Shown here piece after piece: positions 9,381 to 18,500 of a DNA stretch of 64,000 nt. How positions within the stretch are numbered: position 1 is the first letter of the stretch; every line of letters begins with the position of its first letter. Both the position numbers and the translations under genes were made by a program. Origin of the DNA: a virus; the IMG/VR virus record IMGVR_UViG_3300037277_000110, positions 1 to 64,000 of that record; one strand, written 5' to 3'. The notes below the pieces were generated by a model. That model was given only the letters and a program-made list of their open reading frames with translations. It did no database searches and was not told the DNA's origin.

Positions 9381-9845
9381 TTATAGTCTATTTAGCGCAT
9401 CAATTAAAAATGAACATCCAAAAAATAAGCTTAACATTATTATTAAGCCGTATATCATCTCAAAATACTTGATGCCATTTATACCAAGTATCTTTATGAT
9501 CCAGTTTAAGATGTTATCGTAAACGTTTGAGGTTCCTAGTGATAATATTGGCCTTTTTGTTAGTAAGTTATAAATAGCATTGAATACAGCGATTCGTAAT
9601 AGAATGTAACCAATGATTATATAAGCAAAAGCAATCCAGTTAAAATGACCAGTTCCGAATCGACAGGCATATCCTAACCACATACTAAAAAGTCCTATAG
9701 CTCCGAACATTATGAGTTGGGCTGAATGAGTCAAAAAGCCATATATTTTTTTAGCTGTACTTTTATATAAATATTCCGTGACATCTGTTATATCCTCTAA
9801 TAAGATAAGTAGGATAAGCGAACCAGTGAGTTCAAAAAAGTTCAT
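9381..9845 (-). CDS. Multi-pass membrane protein
   Basis: Hydrophobic segments; R..VFN..YN and LGTSNVYD motif. Confidence 0.65.
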   Translation of the reverse strand: MNFFELTGSLILLILLEDITDVTEYLYKSTAKKIYGFLTHSAQLIMFGAIGLFSMWLGYACRFGTGHFNWIAFAYIIIGYILLRIAVFNAIYNLLTKRPILSLGTSNVYDNILNWIIKILGINGIKYFEMIYGLIIMLSLFFGCSFLIDALNRL

Positions 9846-9855
9846 AATACTATAT

Positions 9856-11502
9856 TTAGCGTAAGGTTATGTCAATAATTGCTTTTTTATGTTGCTCAAA
9901 AAATAGTAATCTTTTATTTTCTACAATCGCTTTATTTCTTTGAGAAACTTCCGTTGAAACATAACCAAAATACATTTCTTTAAAATACTGTTGTGTGATA
10001 GGATTATAATCAATAAAAGATTGTGTTTTGCTTGGTATTGTTATAATTTGATTATTAGAAATAATATTAACAAAATCATTTACAGTACCATATTTCCCGG
10101 CTGATACATCTTTTAAAGAAATTTTAGTTATAATTTGATTTGTTGGGTCTATATCTAATATGTCACCAGCATTAAATGGATACGCTAAAACGTGCCCTGA
10201 CGGCAATAAAACTAATTGAAAAGATGAAGCATATTTGGTGCTGGTTGCGCCAAGATCGCCCCATAAAACTGATGTTTTTGCGATAGGATCTATATCTAAA
10301 ATTTGTGTAACATTTAGAGGTACACATAAAACATGACCATTTGCAAGTAAAATAGAACTATAATAAGCAGAAGCGGCAAATGTACCATAATTTTCAACAG
10401 TTCCAGAAATTGGATGTATATTCGTAATAAACGTAGAATTTCTAGGGACACAACAAATTAGATCATCATTTATTTTTTGATAACTACCATATTTTGATGC
10501 AACAGTTCCAATTGATCCATATTCTGTTAATTGATTTGTAACAGGATTAATATTAACAACCTTATTATATGTCTGAGGAATAGTTACTAATAAAGTATCA
10601 TTAATATATACTAAATCAGTAAATTTATCAGTACCTGCCGTTAATGTTCCGAAAGTTGTTAAGGTATTAGTTAAATAATTATATTTTACAAAAGTATTAA
10701 TTGTTCTTGGACATGTTATTACATCACCGTTAGTAAGTATAATAGGGTTTTTGCCTGTGAATCTTCCTTGCGCATTTGCACTAAAATCTCCGTAAAAATT
10801 TACTGTTTTAGTAATAGGATCTATATCGCAAACACGAGTTTCATTATAGGGAAAACCTACTATATGTCCATTTGGAGTTAATACATGTTGAAAATATAGA
10901 CCTGTACTATTTCCAGTAATTGTTCCATAAGATTCAACAACTTTTGTTTCTATGTTATAATTATAAAAAGCATCAGGTTTGTCTGCTCCTAGCCCACAAA
11001 TAATATCACTATTTGGAATTTTAAAACCAGCAGTATAACCAAATGTTCCAGCAACTAATCCCCATTGAGTAATTTTATTAATCCTACTACCAACCCTATC
11101 CAACACAACATTTAACACCGATCCTGTAATCTCTGTACTATAAATTAAAAATATCTTATTCGTGACATTTGAAAATATATAGTTATCAAGATACAGTTGG
11201 CTTAAATCAGATAACAACACTGTTTTTGCACTTGTGGCATTTGGATAAGTACCATTATAAAATTGCGCAAAACATCCCGCACTATTACAGGCTGTTTGTA
11301 ATCTGGAATCTAAACTTAATGCAATAGAATCATTAGTGGTTGTTGTTGTTAAGGCTAATGCATTTAATCCTAACGGCCCAAAATCTTTAAAATAATTAGT
11401 CCCTGAAATATTTACAACCTCTAAATTTTGAAGATTCATCAATAAATTAGCAGTCGGAAAACTTTGAGGTCCTTTGATAATATTTGCTATAGCATTTATC
11501 AT
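9856..11502 (-). CDS. Putative head fibre/adhesin with repeated beta-propeller-like blades
   Basis: ~43-aa repeats (L.NG...P.....DIDP....V..YG); directly after spike-base gene. Confidence 0.55.
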   Translation of the reverse strand: MINAIANIIKGPQSFPTANLLMNLQNLEVVNISGTNYFKDFGPLGLNALALTTTTTNDSIALSLDSRLQTACNSAGCFAQFYNGTYPNATSAKTVLLSDLSQLYLDNYIFSNVTNKIFLIYSTEITGSVLNVVLDRVGSRINKITQWGLVAGTFGYTAGFKIPNSDIICGLGADKPDAFYNYNIETKVVESYGTITGNSTGLYFQHVLTPNGHIVGFPYNETRVCDIDPITKTVNFYGDFSANAQGRFTGKNPIILTNGDVITCPRTINTFVKYNYLTNTLTTFGTLTAGTDKFTDLVYINDTLLVTIPQTYNKVVNINPVTNQLTEYGSIGTVASKYGSYQKINDDLICCVPRNSTFITNIHPISGTVENYGTFAASAYYSSILLANGHVLCVPLNVTQILDIDPIAKTSVLWGDLGATSTKYASSFQLVLLPSGHVLAYPFNAGDILDIDPTNQIITKISLKDVSAGKYGTVNDFVNIISNNQIITIPSKTQSFIDYNPITQQYFKEMYFGYVSTEVSQRNKAIVENKRLLFFEQHKKAIIDITLR

Positions 11503-12041
11503 TATACAATCCCAAATAAAGATTCACCACCTTGATCAGTTCCGGTACTTAACACCCTCTTAACCAGCATCGGCTGATACCCTTTAGATACTTTAAATAT
11601 ATGACTTGTATAAACCACTTTCTGATAAGCCGCCCAAATAGTGGTCCCGGTTTTAGGTATCCGATCAGCATTCCACTTTACCACCATAACTCCGGTCGTA
11701 TAATTAATAGTCCCGGTTCCATCTTCAATAAGATTCCCGGTTCCATCATCCTTGATAGTGTTAAATCCATCGGTTATCACAATAGACCCTTTTTTAATCT
11801 CTGCATTAGTTAAAGTCCCTGATCCTACGGTATTTGTAGTCCCATCACCAGTTGCCATATTCTGATTATACGATGTAAGTGTCTCAGGATCATCGACAAA
11901 TATAAGTGCCAAAGTCATGTCCCCGTTACAGTATAAGGCACAGTCCGCGCCGACATCAACTGTGTCTGAAGGTGTTATAGTAAAGGCTTTAGTAACTTGT
12001 AATCTTACTTCTTTATCGCCATGTGTGAGTAGTACGCCCAT
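11502..12041 (-). CDS. Head spike base-like structural protein with inserted domain
   Basis: ITPSDTVD..ALY..GD and P..VKRV.STGT resemble RcGTA spike-base family; ATG 12041 preferred because a promoter overlaps 12065. Confidence 0.55.
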   Translation of the reverse strand: MGVLLTHGDKEVRLQVTKAFTITPSDTVDVGADCALYCNGDMTLALIFVDDPETLTSYNQNMATGDGTTNTVGSGTLTNAEIKKGSIVITDGFNTIKDDGTGNLIEDGTGTINYTTGVMVVKWNADRIPKTGTTIWAAYQKVVYTSHIFKVSKGYQPMLVKRVLSTGTDQGGESLFGIV

Positions 12042-12062
12042 AATTTTATATATTTTATTAGT

Positions 12063-12100
12063 CAAAAATAAGGTTTTTTTTAATGCATGTTTTCTAACAT
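12063..12100 (-). promoter_or_regulatory. Late promoter: TATTTTTG plus ATGTT-N4-AACAT operator
   Basis: -7 element at 12063-70; palindrome at 12087-100, 16-nt gap. Confidence 0.7.
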
Positions 12101-12124
12101 ATTTTTTGTATGAAAAATGTTTTG

Positions 12125-12132
12125 TATGTTTG
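12125..12132 (+). promoter_or_regulatory. Bacteroidota sigma-A -7 element TATGTTTG
   Basis: Consensus match with upstream TTTG; precedes 37-aa ORF. Confidence 0.6.
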
Positions 12133-12164
12133 TATCTACTTTTTTAAACTAAAATTTTAACACA

Positions 12165-12278
12165 ATGAAGAAAATAAATTGGTTATTTAATTACCCAGAT
12201 CCAACAGAGGATTTACCCGGAAAATTATTTCCTGAACCTCAAGACGATCCTACATTACCTCCTAATACGGGTAAGTAA
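12165..12278 (+). CDS. 37-aa acidic Pro-rich peptide
   Basis: Manual translation MKKINWLFNYPDPTEDLPGKLFPEPQDDPTLPPNTGK; own promoter and A-rich leader. Confidence 0.5.
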   Translation: MKKINWLFNYPDPTEDLPGKLFPEPQDDPTLPPNTGK

Positions 12279-12563
12279 TGTTATTAAAACTATCTGCTGA
12301 AGATAACAGTAAGGAAGATTTGATGTTCAGGTTTGACTCCTGACCTTATAGGTATGCTAAGATACTGTTGTTTATTGTAAGGTATGTAATGCCAAGCGAC
12401 AGACTTGTAATCTGCCAAGCCAAAACTGAACTGTAAAGAAAAGTGTGAATAAAAACGCACAAGAATCAACATAGAAATAAAATTTTGGTAATTTGGGATA
12501 CTCGGCAACATTATATATTCCACTTAGAAATGGACAGATAGTTTTTTTATTAAAATATTTTAT

Positions 12564-12571
12564 TACCTTTG
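12564..12571 (+). promoter_or_regulatory. Sigma-A -7 element TACCTTTG
   Basis: Consensus match just upstream of structured RNA. Confidence 0.65.
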
Positions 12572-12576
12572 TACTA

Positions 12577-12895
12577 AGAAACAAAATAGATCATCAGGAG
12601 TGATCGAGTTAAGATAAACAGAAGAAATTCTGTCTGCCATTAGGCAAAGATATAACCCGTAGTTGCTCCTGACTTCTACGGGTTTTCTTTTTTGGCTGCG
12701 GAGTCTAATAAACCGGTCTACGAAAAGAGGGAGTAAACCTATAAAATCACTTAAATGATGGAAAAGGGTTTTCCAGACTTGTCACCCGCCATCAGCCAAA
12801 ACGGACGAAGAACTCAAGGTCTCAAGCAAAAGGTGTGTGAAAACTGTCTATCTTCTACGGGGGTAGGGGGTAGACTTGTTTTTTCACACCTTCAA
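12577..12895 (+). ncRNA. Putative structured non-coding RNA/leader
   Basis: ORF-free and GC-elevated; at least six helices including complementary loops and a G-rich hairpin. Confidence 0.55.
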
Positions 12896-12942
12896 ACTCA
12901 GAATCTAAAATCTAAGCAAGTTTAACAAAAAAAATAAAAACT

Positions 12943-13206
12943 ATGGAAGTAAGAAAAACAGAAATGAAACTTAGAGAAGTAGTAACTGAATGTTATTACT
13001 TATGTGATAAGTGTGGTGAAAAAATAAGCACAGGAGCTTATGATGCTTTTGAATTTACTTTTGAGTATAAAACTGGTAGTGCTTATCCTGAAGGAGGTAA
13101 TGGAGATAAGAAAACTTTAGATTTATGTGAAAAATGTGCTCCTAAAGCCATTAAATTATTGGAAGATAATGGCTTTAAAGTACAGGAATCTGAATGGGAT
13201 ATTTAA
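12943..13206 (+). CDS. Small zinc-finger protein
   Basis: CDKC...DLCEKC. Confidence 0.65.
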   Translation: MEVRKTEMKLREVVTECYYLCDKCGEKISTGAYDAFEFTFEYKTGSAYPEGGNGDKKTLDLCEKCAPKAIKLLEDNGFKVQESEWDI

Positions 13207-13242
13207 AAAATACAATATCCTTTTTTCTTGTAAATTTACAAC

Positions 13243-13626
13243 ATGATACTTAAAAAAATAATCATAGAATTTACCGATAATCCCGATGATATATCTAATC
13301 ATGGTATCGGAACTTATTATTATTTGCCTACTGGTGAACTTTTAGTCAGGACTTACATGAAGGATGAAAAAAGCCTTAATGAAGCTTGGTTAATTGCCAT
13401 GCATGAACTGGTTGAACAAAGATTGACTGAACAAAGAGGAATACCAGAACCGGTTATTGATACTTTTGACAGGATGTTGGATGAAAAAGGTGAAGATGCT
13501 GATTTTGGAGGGGATCATCCTGATTCACCTTATAAAAAAGAACACCGGTTTGCTGAAAATATTGAACGTCAATTAGCCCATGAATTAGGCATAGACTGGA
13601 ATGAATACGATAACTACCAAATATAA
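13243..13626 (+). CDS. Putative metal-binding hydrolase-like protein (HELVE motif)
   Basis: AMHELVE, GDHPDSPYKKEHRFA..IER; coupled to ATP-grasp gene. Confidence 0.6.
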   Translation: MILKKIIIEFTDNPDDISNHGIGTYYYLPTGELLVRTYMKDEKSLNEAWLIAMHELVEQRLTEQRGIPEPVIDTFDRMLDEKGEDADFGGDHPDSPYKKEHRFAENIERQLAHELGIDWNEYDNYQI

Positions 13627-14906
13627 TGGATAAATTAAAAGAAAAAATAGCCTTAATAGTTGATTGCGGACTATACGTCAGTTTTGCTGTTAGACTATCA
13701 AAAGACTTTAAAAAGGTATATTATTTTTCACCTTGGAACTCTGGTGGATTTGCCATTAAAGAGCGTTCACAGCCCGGAGAAGGATATGACGAAATTGAAC
13801 GTATAAACTGGATGTTTAAATATTCTGACAAACCCGGCGAATACTCCTTTGATAAAGTTGATATTTTTATTTTCCCATTTATATACTTTTCCGATCTTCA
13901 GGACCATCTTGTACATTTAGGTAAACGTGTTTGGGGAGCAAGGTATGGTGACGAAATAGAACTTGACAGATTAGGGGTAAAGAAAATATTGAAAGATGCC
14001 CATTTAGCTGTAGGGGCCCATACTCCAATAAAAGGGACTTCAAGACTTAGAGAATATCTTAAATCTCATAGAGACAAATTCATTAAAATATCCCATTGGA
14101 GAGGCTTAATAGACACCTTTCATCACGATAACTATAAACTATCAGAACCTATTTTAGATTACATAGACAACGAGCTAGGGGCCTACAAAACAGAAATGGA
14201 CTTCATTATTGAAGACCCTATACAGTGTGATGTTGAATCCGGGATTGATACTTATATTATAGATGGTCAAATACCTGATAAAGTGATGATTGGGGTCGAG
14301 ACAAAGGATGCAGGTTTTGTGGGTAAAGTATTTGATTATGATAAACTTCCAAAGGTTTTAAAGATGTCAACTACGAATTTGGCCAAGTATTTTAAGAAAA
14401 ATAACTTCAGAGGATTCTATTCGGATGAACAACGAATTAAAGGTAATGTGCCTTATCCTATTGATTTTACACCTAGAATTCCACTTCCCCCAGGTGAACT
14501 TTACGACTGCATGATTGAAAACTTGTCAGAAATAATCTGGTATGGTGCCGAGGGAATACTCGTTCAACCTAAATGGAAATATAAATGGGGAGCCGTAGTA
14601 ATTATACTCTCAGAATGGGCCGAAAAACATGATCAGCCAATTTATTTTCCGGAAGAGATTAAGGAGTATGTTAAGCTCAGAAACTCATCTAAAATAAAAG
14701 GGACTTATTATGTCATCCCCCAAGAAGCTGAATTAAAAGAAATCGGTGGAGTAGTAGGAGTTGGTAACACCCAAGAAGAAGCTATTGAAATGTGTAAGGC
14801 TAATTGTGAACAAGTAAAGGGTTATGGGTTAGTACTTAAATCAGATGCCCTTGACGTTTCTTCTGAAGAATTAGAAAAGGTTGAACAACTTGGTATTAAG
14901 TTTTAA
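13626..14906 (+). CDS. ATP-grasp ligase, PurD-like architecture
   Basis: VWGA...ELDR..K, FIK, FIIED, GFYSDE..DFTPR pattern, C-terminal GVGNT.EEA domain. Confidence 0.7.
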   Translation: MDKLKEKIALIVDCGLYVSFAVRLSKDFKKVYYFSPWNSGGFAIKERSQPGEGYDEIERINWMFKYSDKPGEYSFDKVDIFIFPFIYFSDLQDHLVHLGKRVWGARYGDEIELDRLGVKKILKDAHLAVGAHTPIKGTSRLREYLKSHRDKFIKISHWRGLIDTFHHDNYKLSEPILDYIDNELGAYKTEMDFIIEDPIQCDVESGIDTYIIDGQIPDKVMIGVETKDAGFVGKVFDYDKLPKVLKMSTTNLAKYFKKNNFRGFYSDEQRIKGNVPYPIDFTPRIPLPPGELYDCMIENLSEIIWYGAEGILVQPKWKYKWGAVVIILSEWAEKHDQPIYFPEEIKEYVKLRNSSKIKGTYYVIPQEAELKEIGGVVGVGNTQEEAIEMCKANCEQVKGYGLVLKSDALDVSSEELEKVEQLGIKF

Positions 14907-15204
14907 CCTTCCTACTTTTACCAGTAAAATAATCCAAAAGAACTTGTCTTAATTCCTCTTTATCAGCAAACGGAACTGAAGGTGTTGAAGCTAAGGCCCA
15001 TTCAGATGGCTTCATTACTACTATTGCCGATCCTTTATGTGGATAAACATCTGTATCATTAGTACATACTGCTACTGAATCATGATCTGAGTCTGATGAT
15101 GCTCCCACCATTTTAATCGAAGTTACATGTCCTTTGAAAATATCATAAGTTCTGATACCTTCTGTAAATGTTACATATCCCGTGTTATCTTGTATTGTTT
15201 TCAT
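14896..15204 (-). CDS. Hypothetical protein
   Basis: ORF track. Confidence 0.55.
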   Translation of the reverse strand: MKTIQDNTGYVTFTEGIRTYDIFKGHVTSIKMVGASSDSDHDSVAVCTNDTDVYPHKGSAIVVMKPSEWALASTPSVPFADKEELRQVLLDYFTGKSRKVKT

Positions 15205-15219
15205 GTTGGTTTGAATAAT

Positions 15220-15243
15220 GATGCCGGAGTTGAGCCCGGCATC
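15220..15243 (-). terminator. GC-rich hairpin after small basic genes
   Basis: GATGCCGG-N8-CCGGCATC; weak U-tract. Confidence 0.45.
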
Positions 15244-15245
15244 CG

Positions 15246-15416
15246 TTACTTTTTCTTTTTAGATTTTCTTTGTTGAGCATAAGCGGAAGCTATAGCTTGA
15301 CTATCAGCGACCTTTTTCCCGTGTTTCTTTTTAGTTTTAACATAGGTTTTACCCGAATGAAACTCAGAAATATTTTTCGATCGTGTTTTGTCTGATTTAC
15401 CCTTTTTTAGTGGCAT
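15246..15416 (-). CDS. 56-aa basic protein of the MPLKKGKS...NI..QAIA phage family
   Basis: Manual translation MPLKKGKSDKTRSKNISEFHSGKTY...QAIASAYAQQRKSKKKK. Confidence 0.7.
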   Translation of the reverse strand: MPLKKGKSDKTRSKNISEFHSGKTYVKTKKKHGKKVADSQAIASAYAQQRKSKKKK

Positions 15417-15526
15417 TACTTACTGTGTTTAGTCGGTTTAGGTGGTGTAGCAACTTTACCTTTACCCTTTTTCCCTAAATAAGGGGATTTCTTCATAATC
15501 TTTTTACCTTTTTTTACTTTTTTCAT
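15416..15526 (-). CDS. 36-aa Lys-rich peptide
   Basis: MKKVKKGKKIMKKSPYLGKKGKGKVATPPKPTKHSK; TAATG coupling; TAATTTTG promoter at 15544-51. Confidence 0.55.
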   Translation of the reverse strand: MKKVKKGKKIMKKSPYLGKKGKGKVATPPKPTKHSK

Positions 15527-15566
15527 GGCTTTAAATTTTTAATCAAAATTAATAAATTTTTAAATA

Positions 15567-18500
15567 TCAATCTTCTTCAGATATTTCCTTTTTCTCTTCA
15601 TCAAGTTCATCATGTGATTCTAAATATTTTTTATATATTTGTTTTACTTCATCAGATAATTCAAAGTCTTCATTTTTTATATAAGATTCAGAAAGTCTCT
15701 TCATATCTTTTGATATGTATTTTGCTAGTTTTTCTTTTTCTTTCTCCTTTTTAATTTCTTTTAATTCTGTTATGGCTTTTTGAAGGTTACTTATTTCAGA
15801 ATTATTCCTTTTGTAATACGATAGGTCATCTTTTAAGTTATTATCCTTTAAATATTGTTTAAAGTCTTTATAAGACATTTCAGACATTTTTTTATTTGCA
15901 TCGGTATTTACTTTGTCCAGTTTATGAACTACTTCAGTATATCCTTCAAGAGTAGGTTTGTCAAACATCCCTTTACCAGTTATGCCCGAAGGATCATGCT
16001 TCATTTGAAATTGTTTAACCCGTTTTTCAACATCTCTCTGGTCAGGAGTAGGAACTTGTTCTCGTAACCACGGAAATCCCATTTTAAGTTGTTCGGCAAA
16101 TGTCTCTGGTTTCCGTTTTTCTTCCTTATCCATAAACCCGGCTATATCGCGACTTATTTGAGGGGTTAAAATAGAAGTCCCAAAGTTTTCTAAAAATTGA
16201 TTAAGTTTTTGTGGATTACTTATCATATCCATAGTCCTGTTATCAAGAAATGGAGTCTCATGAATAGTATTAAGTAGTATAGACTCCGCCGATGGAATAA
16301 AGTTATGCGTTCTTTTCCAAGTTTCCTGTTCATCAGGGTCCTTTATCCACTTAGGAACTTTACCAAATTCATTTTTAGCTTCAGCATAGAGTTTAAGTAC
16401 AAGTAAGTCTGGATGGTGAGTTAACCATTTAGGTATTTCCCAACCACCGATTTTAAACTTTTTCTTTTCATCAACCGACACCCAATTGGTAGATAATGCC
16501 ATAATACCTAAAGCAGCCCCAGGTAATCCATTTTTAAAAGCTACCAATGCTTTATCAGCATCTTCCGGGGACATCTTTTCAAAACCACCTCTTATTCTCC
16601 ATGCGAATTCTAGTAATCCACCCCAAGACCGAGCGGTCTTTATTGTGTAATTAGTCGGAACTCCAACAATAGGAAATAAAAATTTTGAAATATAATATCC
16701 TGCTTTTAAGTTAGGTCTCATCCATGCTTGTGTTACTTTTAACAGGGTAGACAATTTATTTTTATTCATCATAATCCTCTGATCTGCTTTTTCAGCAGCT
16801 TGAGCCTCGATTATTTTTTGAATCCCCGGATCAGATACATCCCTACCTTCTTTATTATAATAGTCAGTAAGTCGTTGAGCGTACTTATTAAAAGTAGATC
16901 TCCATAAGGGATATTTTTCAGCGCCGTGAAGTTTCCCGAAATTAAGATTAAATTCAGCCATATCTTCTTTACCTCTTTTTGCAACTCCATAAAGTTCATG
17001 GGTATGAGGATCAGAAGTAAGATACGATACAGCATCTTTATAAACTTGTGGTTCCAATAAAGTTTTAGCGTCTAATTTTAATGACTTTAAATTAAACTGA
17101 CCTTCAGTCATTGATTTTTTAGCAAGCTTTGGAAATAATAATTTAGCAATACCTGTCATTAGTACATCTTTAGGATTACTCCAAGCAAGTTCTAATACAG
17201 TATAATTAGCCAGTTTACCAAGCGTTTTTATCCCGGAAAGAAGAAATATTCCAGTTCTTATTTTAAGAAACTTATCTAAAAACTTTTCCCATCCCGGACG
17301 TTTACTCATCATATCCCGGTATCTTTCAGTCTCCCATTTATTTTTTAGATTCTGATATTCTGCCTTGGCATCTTCCAAAGCTTTATTAGGTTTATATTCT
17401 GCTCTTTCAGGAGTAGTATAGTCTTTAGCCTCAATTTTAGCTTTTAATTTTGCACTCCTTTTTAACTGAGATATTAACTTACGTTCTTCAGGAACTACTT
17501 TCTTTTCTTGTTCAATATTATACTTTCCTAAATATTTTTCAACATCCTTAACTGTCCAGTTTGGATAAATGTCTTTTACTTCATCGAGTACATTACGAAC
17601 AACTTCATCAAGTTTAACAATTCCCTGGTAAACTTTCTCAGCAGCTATTTTACCTATTTCGCCCGCGATTTCAAGATCGATATTAAGAGGTAAACCAGCA
17701 CTGGCCTGTTCTTTTCTCAGTCCAGCTAATTCTTTTAAACGACTTTTATAATTTACAATACGTTCATTGGAATTAGCAATAGCTGTATCAGTTTTAAGGG
17801 CCCGATCTGCTTTTTTTTGTTCTTTAGATTTAGCGAGTAAATCCTGAAGTAACTTTTTTTGATCTACTTCTTTTTTTACCTGATCTTCAAGGTCCTTAAT
17901 TTTAATCTGAGCTTCTTTAAGTTTTTGATAAGTTTCTTTAACCTCTAACTTCTGTTCAGGAGTAAGTTCTTTTAATCCCCGACCAGACATAAATTGTTGT
18001 TCCATATTAAATATGGACATTTCACTATCAACATAAGCTTTACGTAGGTTAAATATATTAGATGCTTCACGGCCTATTTTAGCAGCAGCCAGATCGTTTT
18101 TAGCCATCTTATCGTATAGGGCCATCAACTCATCAGCATTCTTATTCTTAGCTTTCTCATCAGTTAATTCTCCTTTTTGTTTCAGAAGCTTTACTTCTTC
18201 ATTTTTTAACTTCCCGCGATGATATAATAAAGCAGCTTCATCTTCCAAAGAGCCCGTGTTCTCTTTAATTATTCGATCAGTTACTTTATCCGGATCGATC
18301 TCTCCTTTATCAACTTTTACCTTTACATCTTCAAAAGCTTTTTTAGTATCAGTATCCTGAAGAGCATCTTTCATTTTATCTAAAGCTTCAGTACCTTGTC
18401 TTTTATTTACTTCGTTATCGGCCACAGCTCTTTTTAACGAAGTAGTCTGTTCATCACTTGGCTTAGTTAAATTCCCTTCTTTGTCAAATTCAGTCCCAGT

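Noticed and set aside
12381-12420. tRNA-Thr-like anticodon hairpin CAGA-CTTGTAA-TCTG (12400-14)
   Set aside because: No acceptor stem or T-arm found; at most a remnant
12290-12584. Two overlapping minus-strand ORFs
   Set aside because: No motifs, mutually overlapping, cross a + strand promoter
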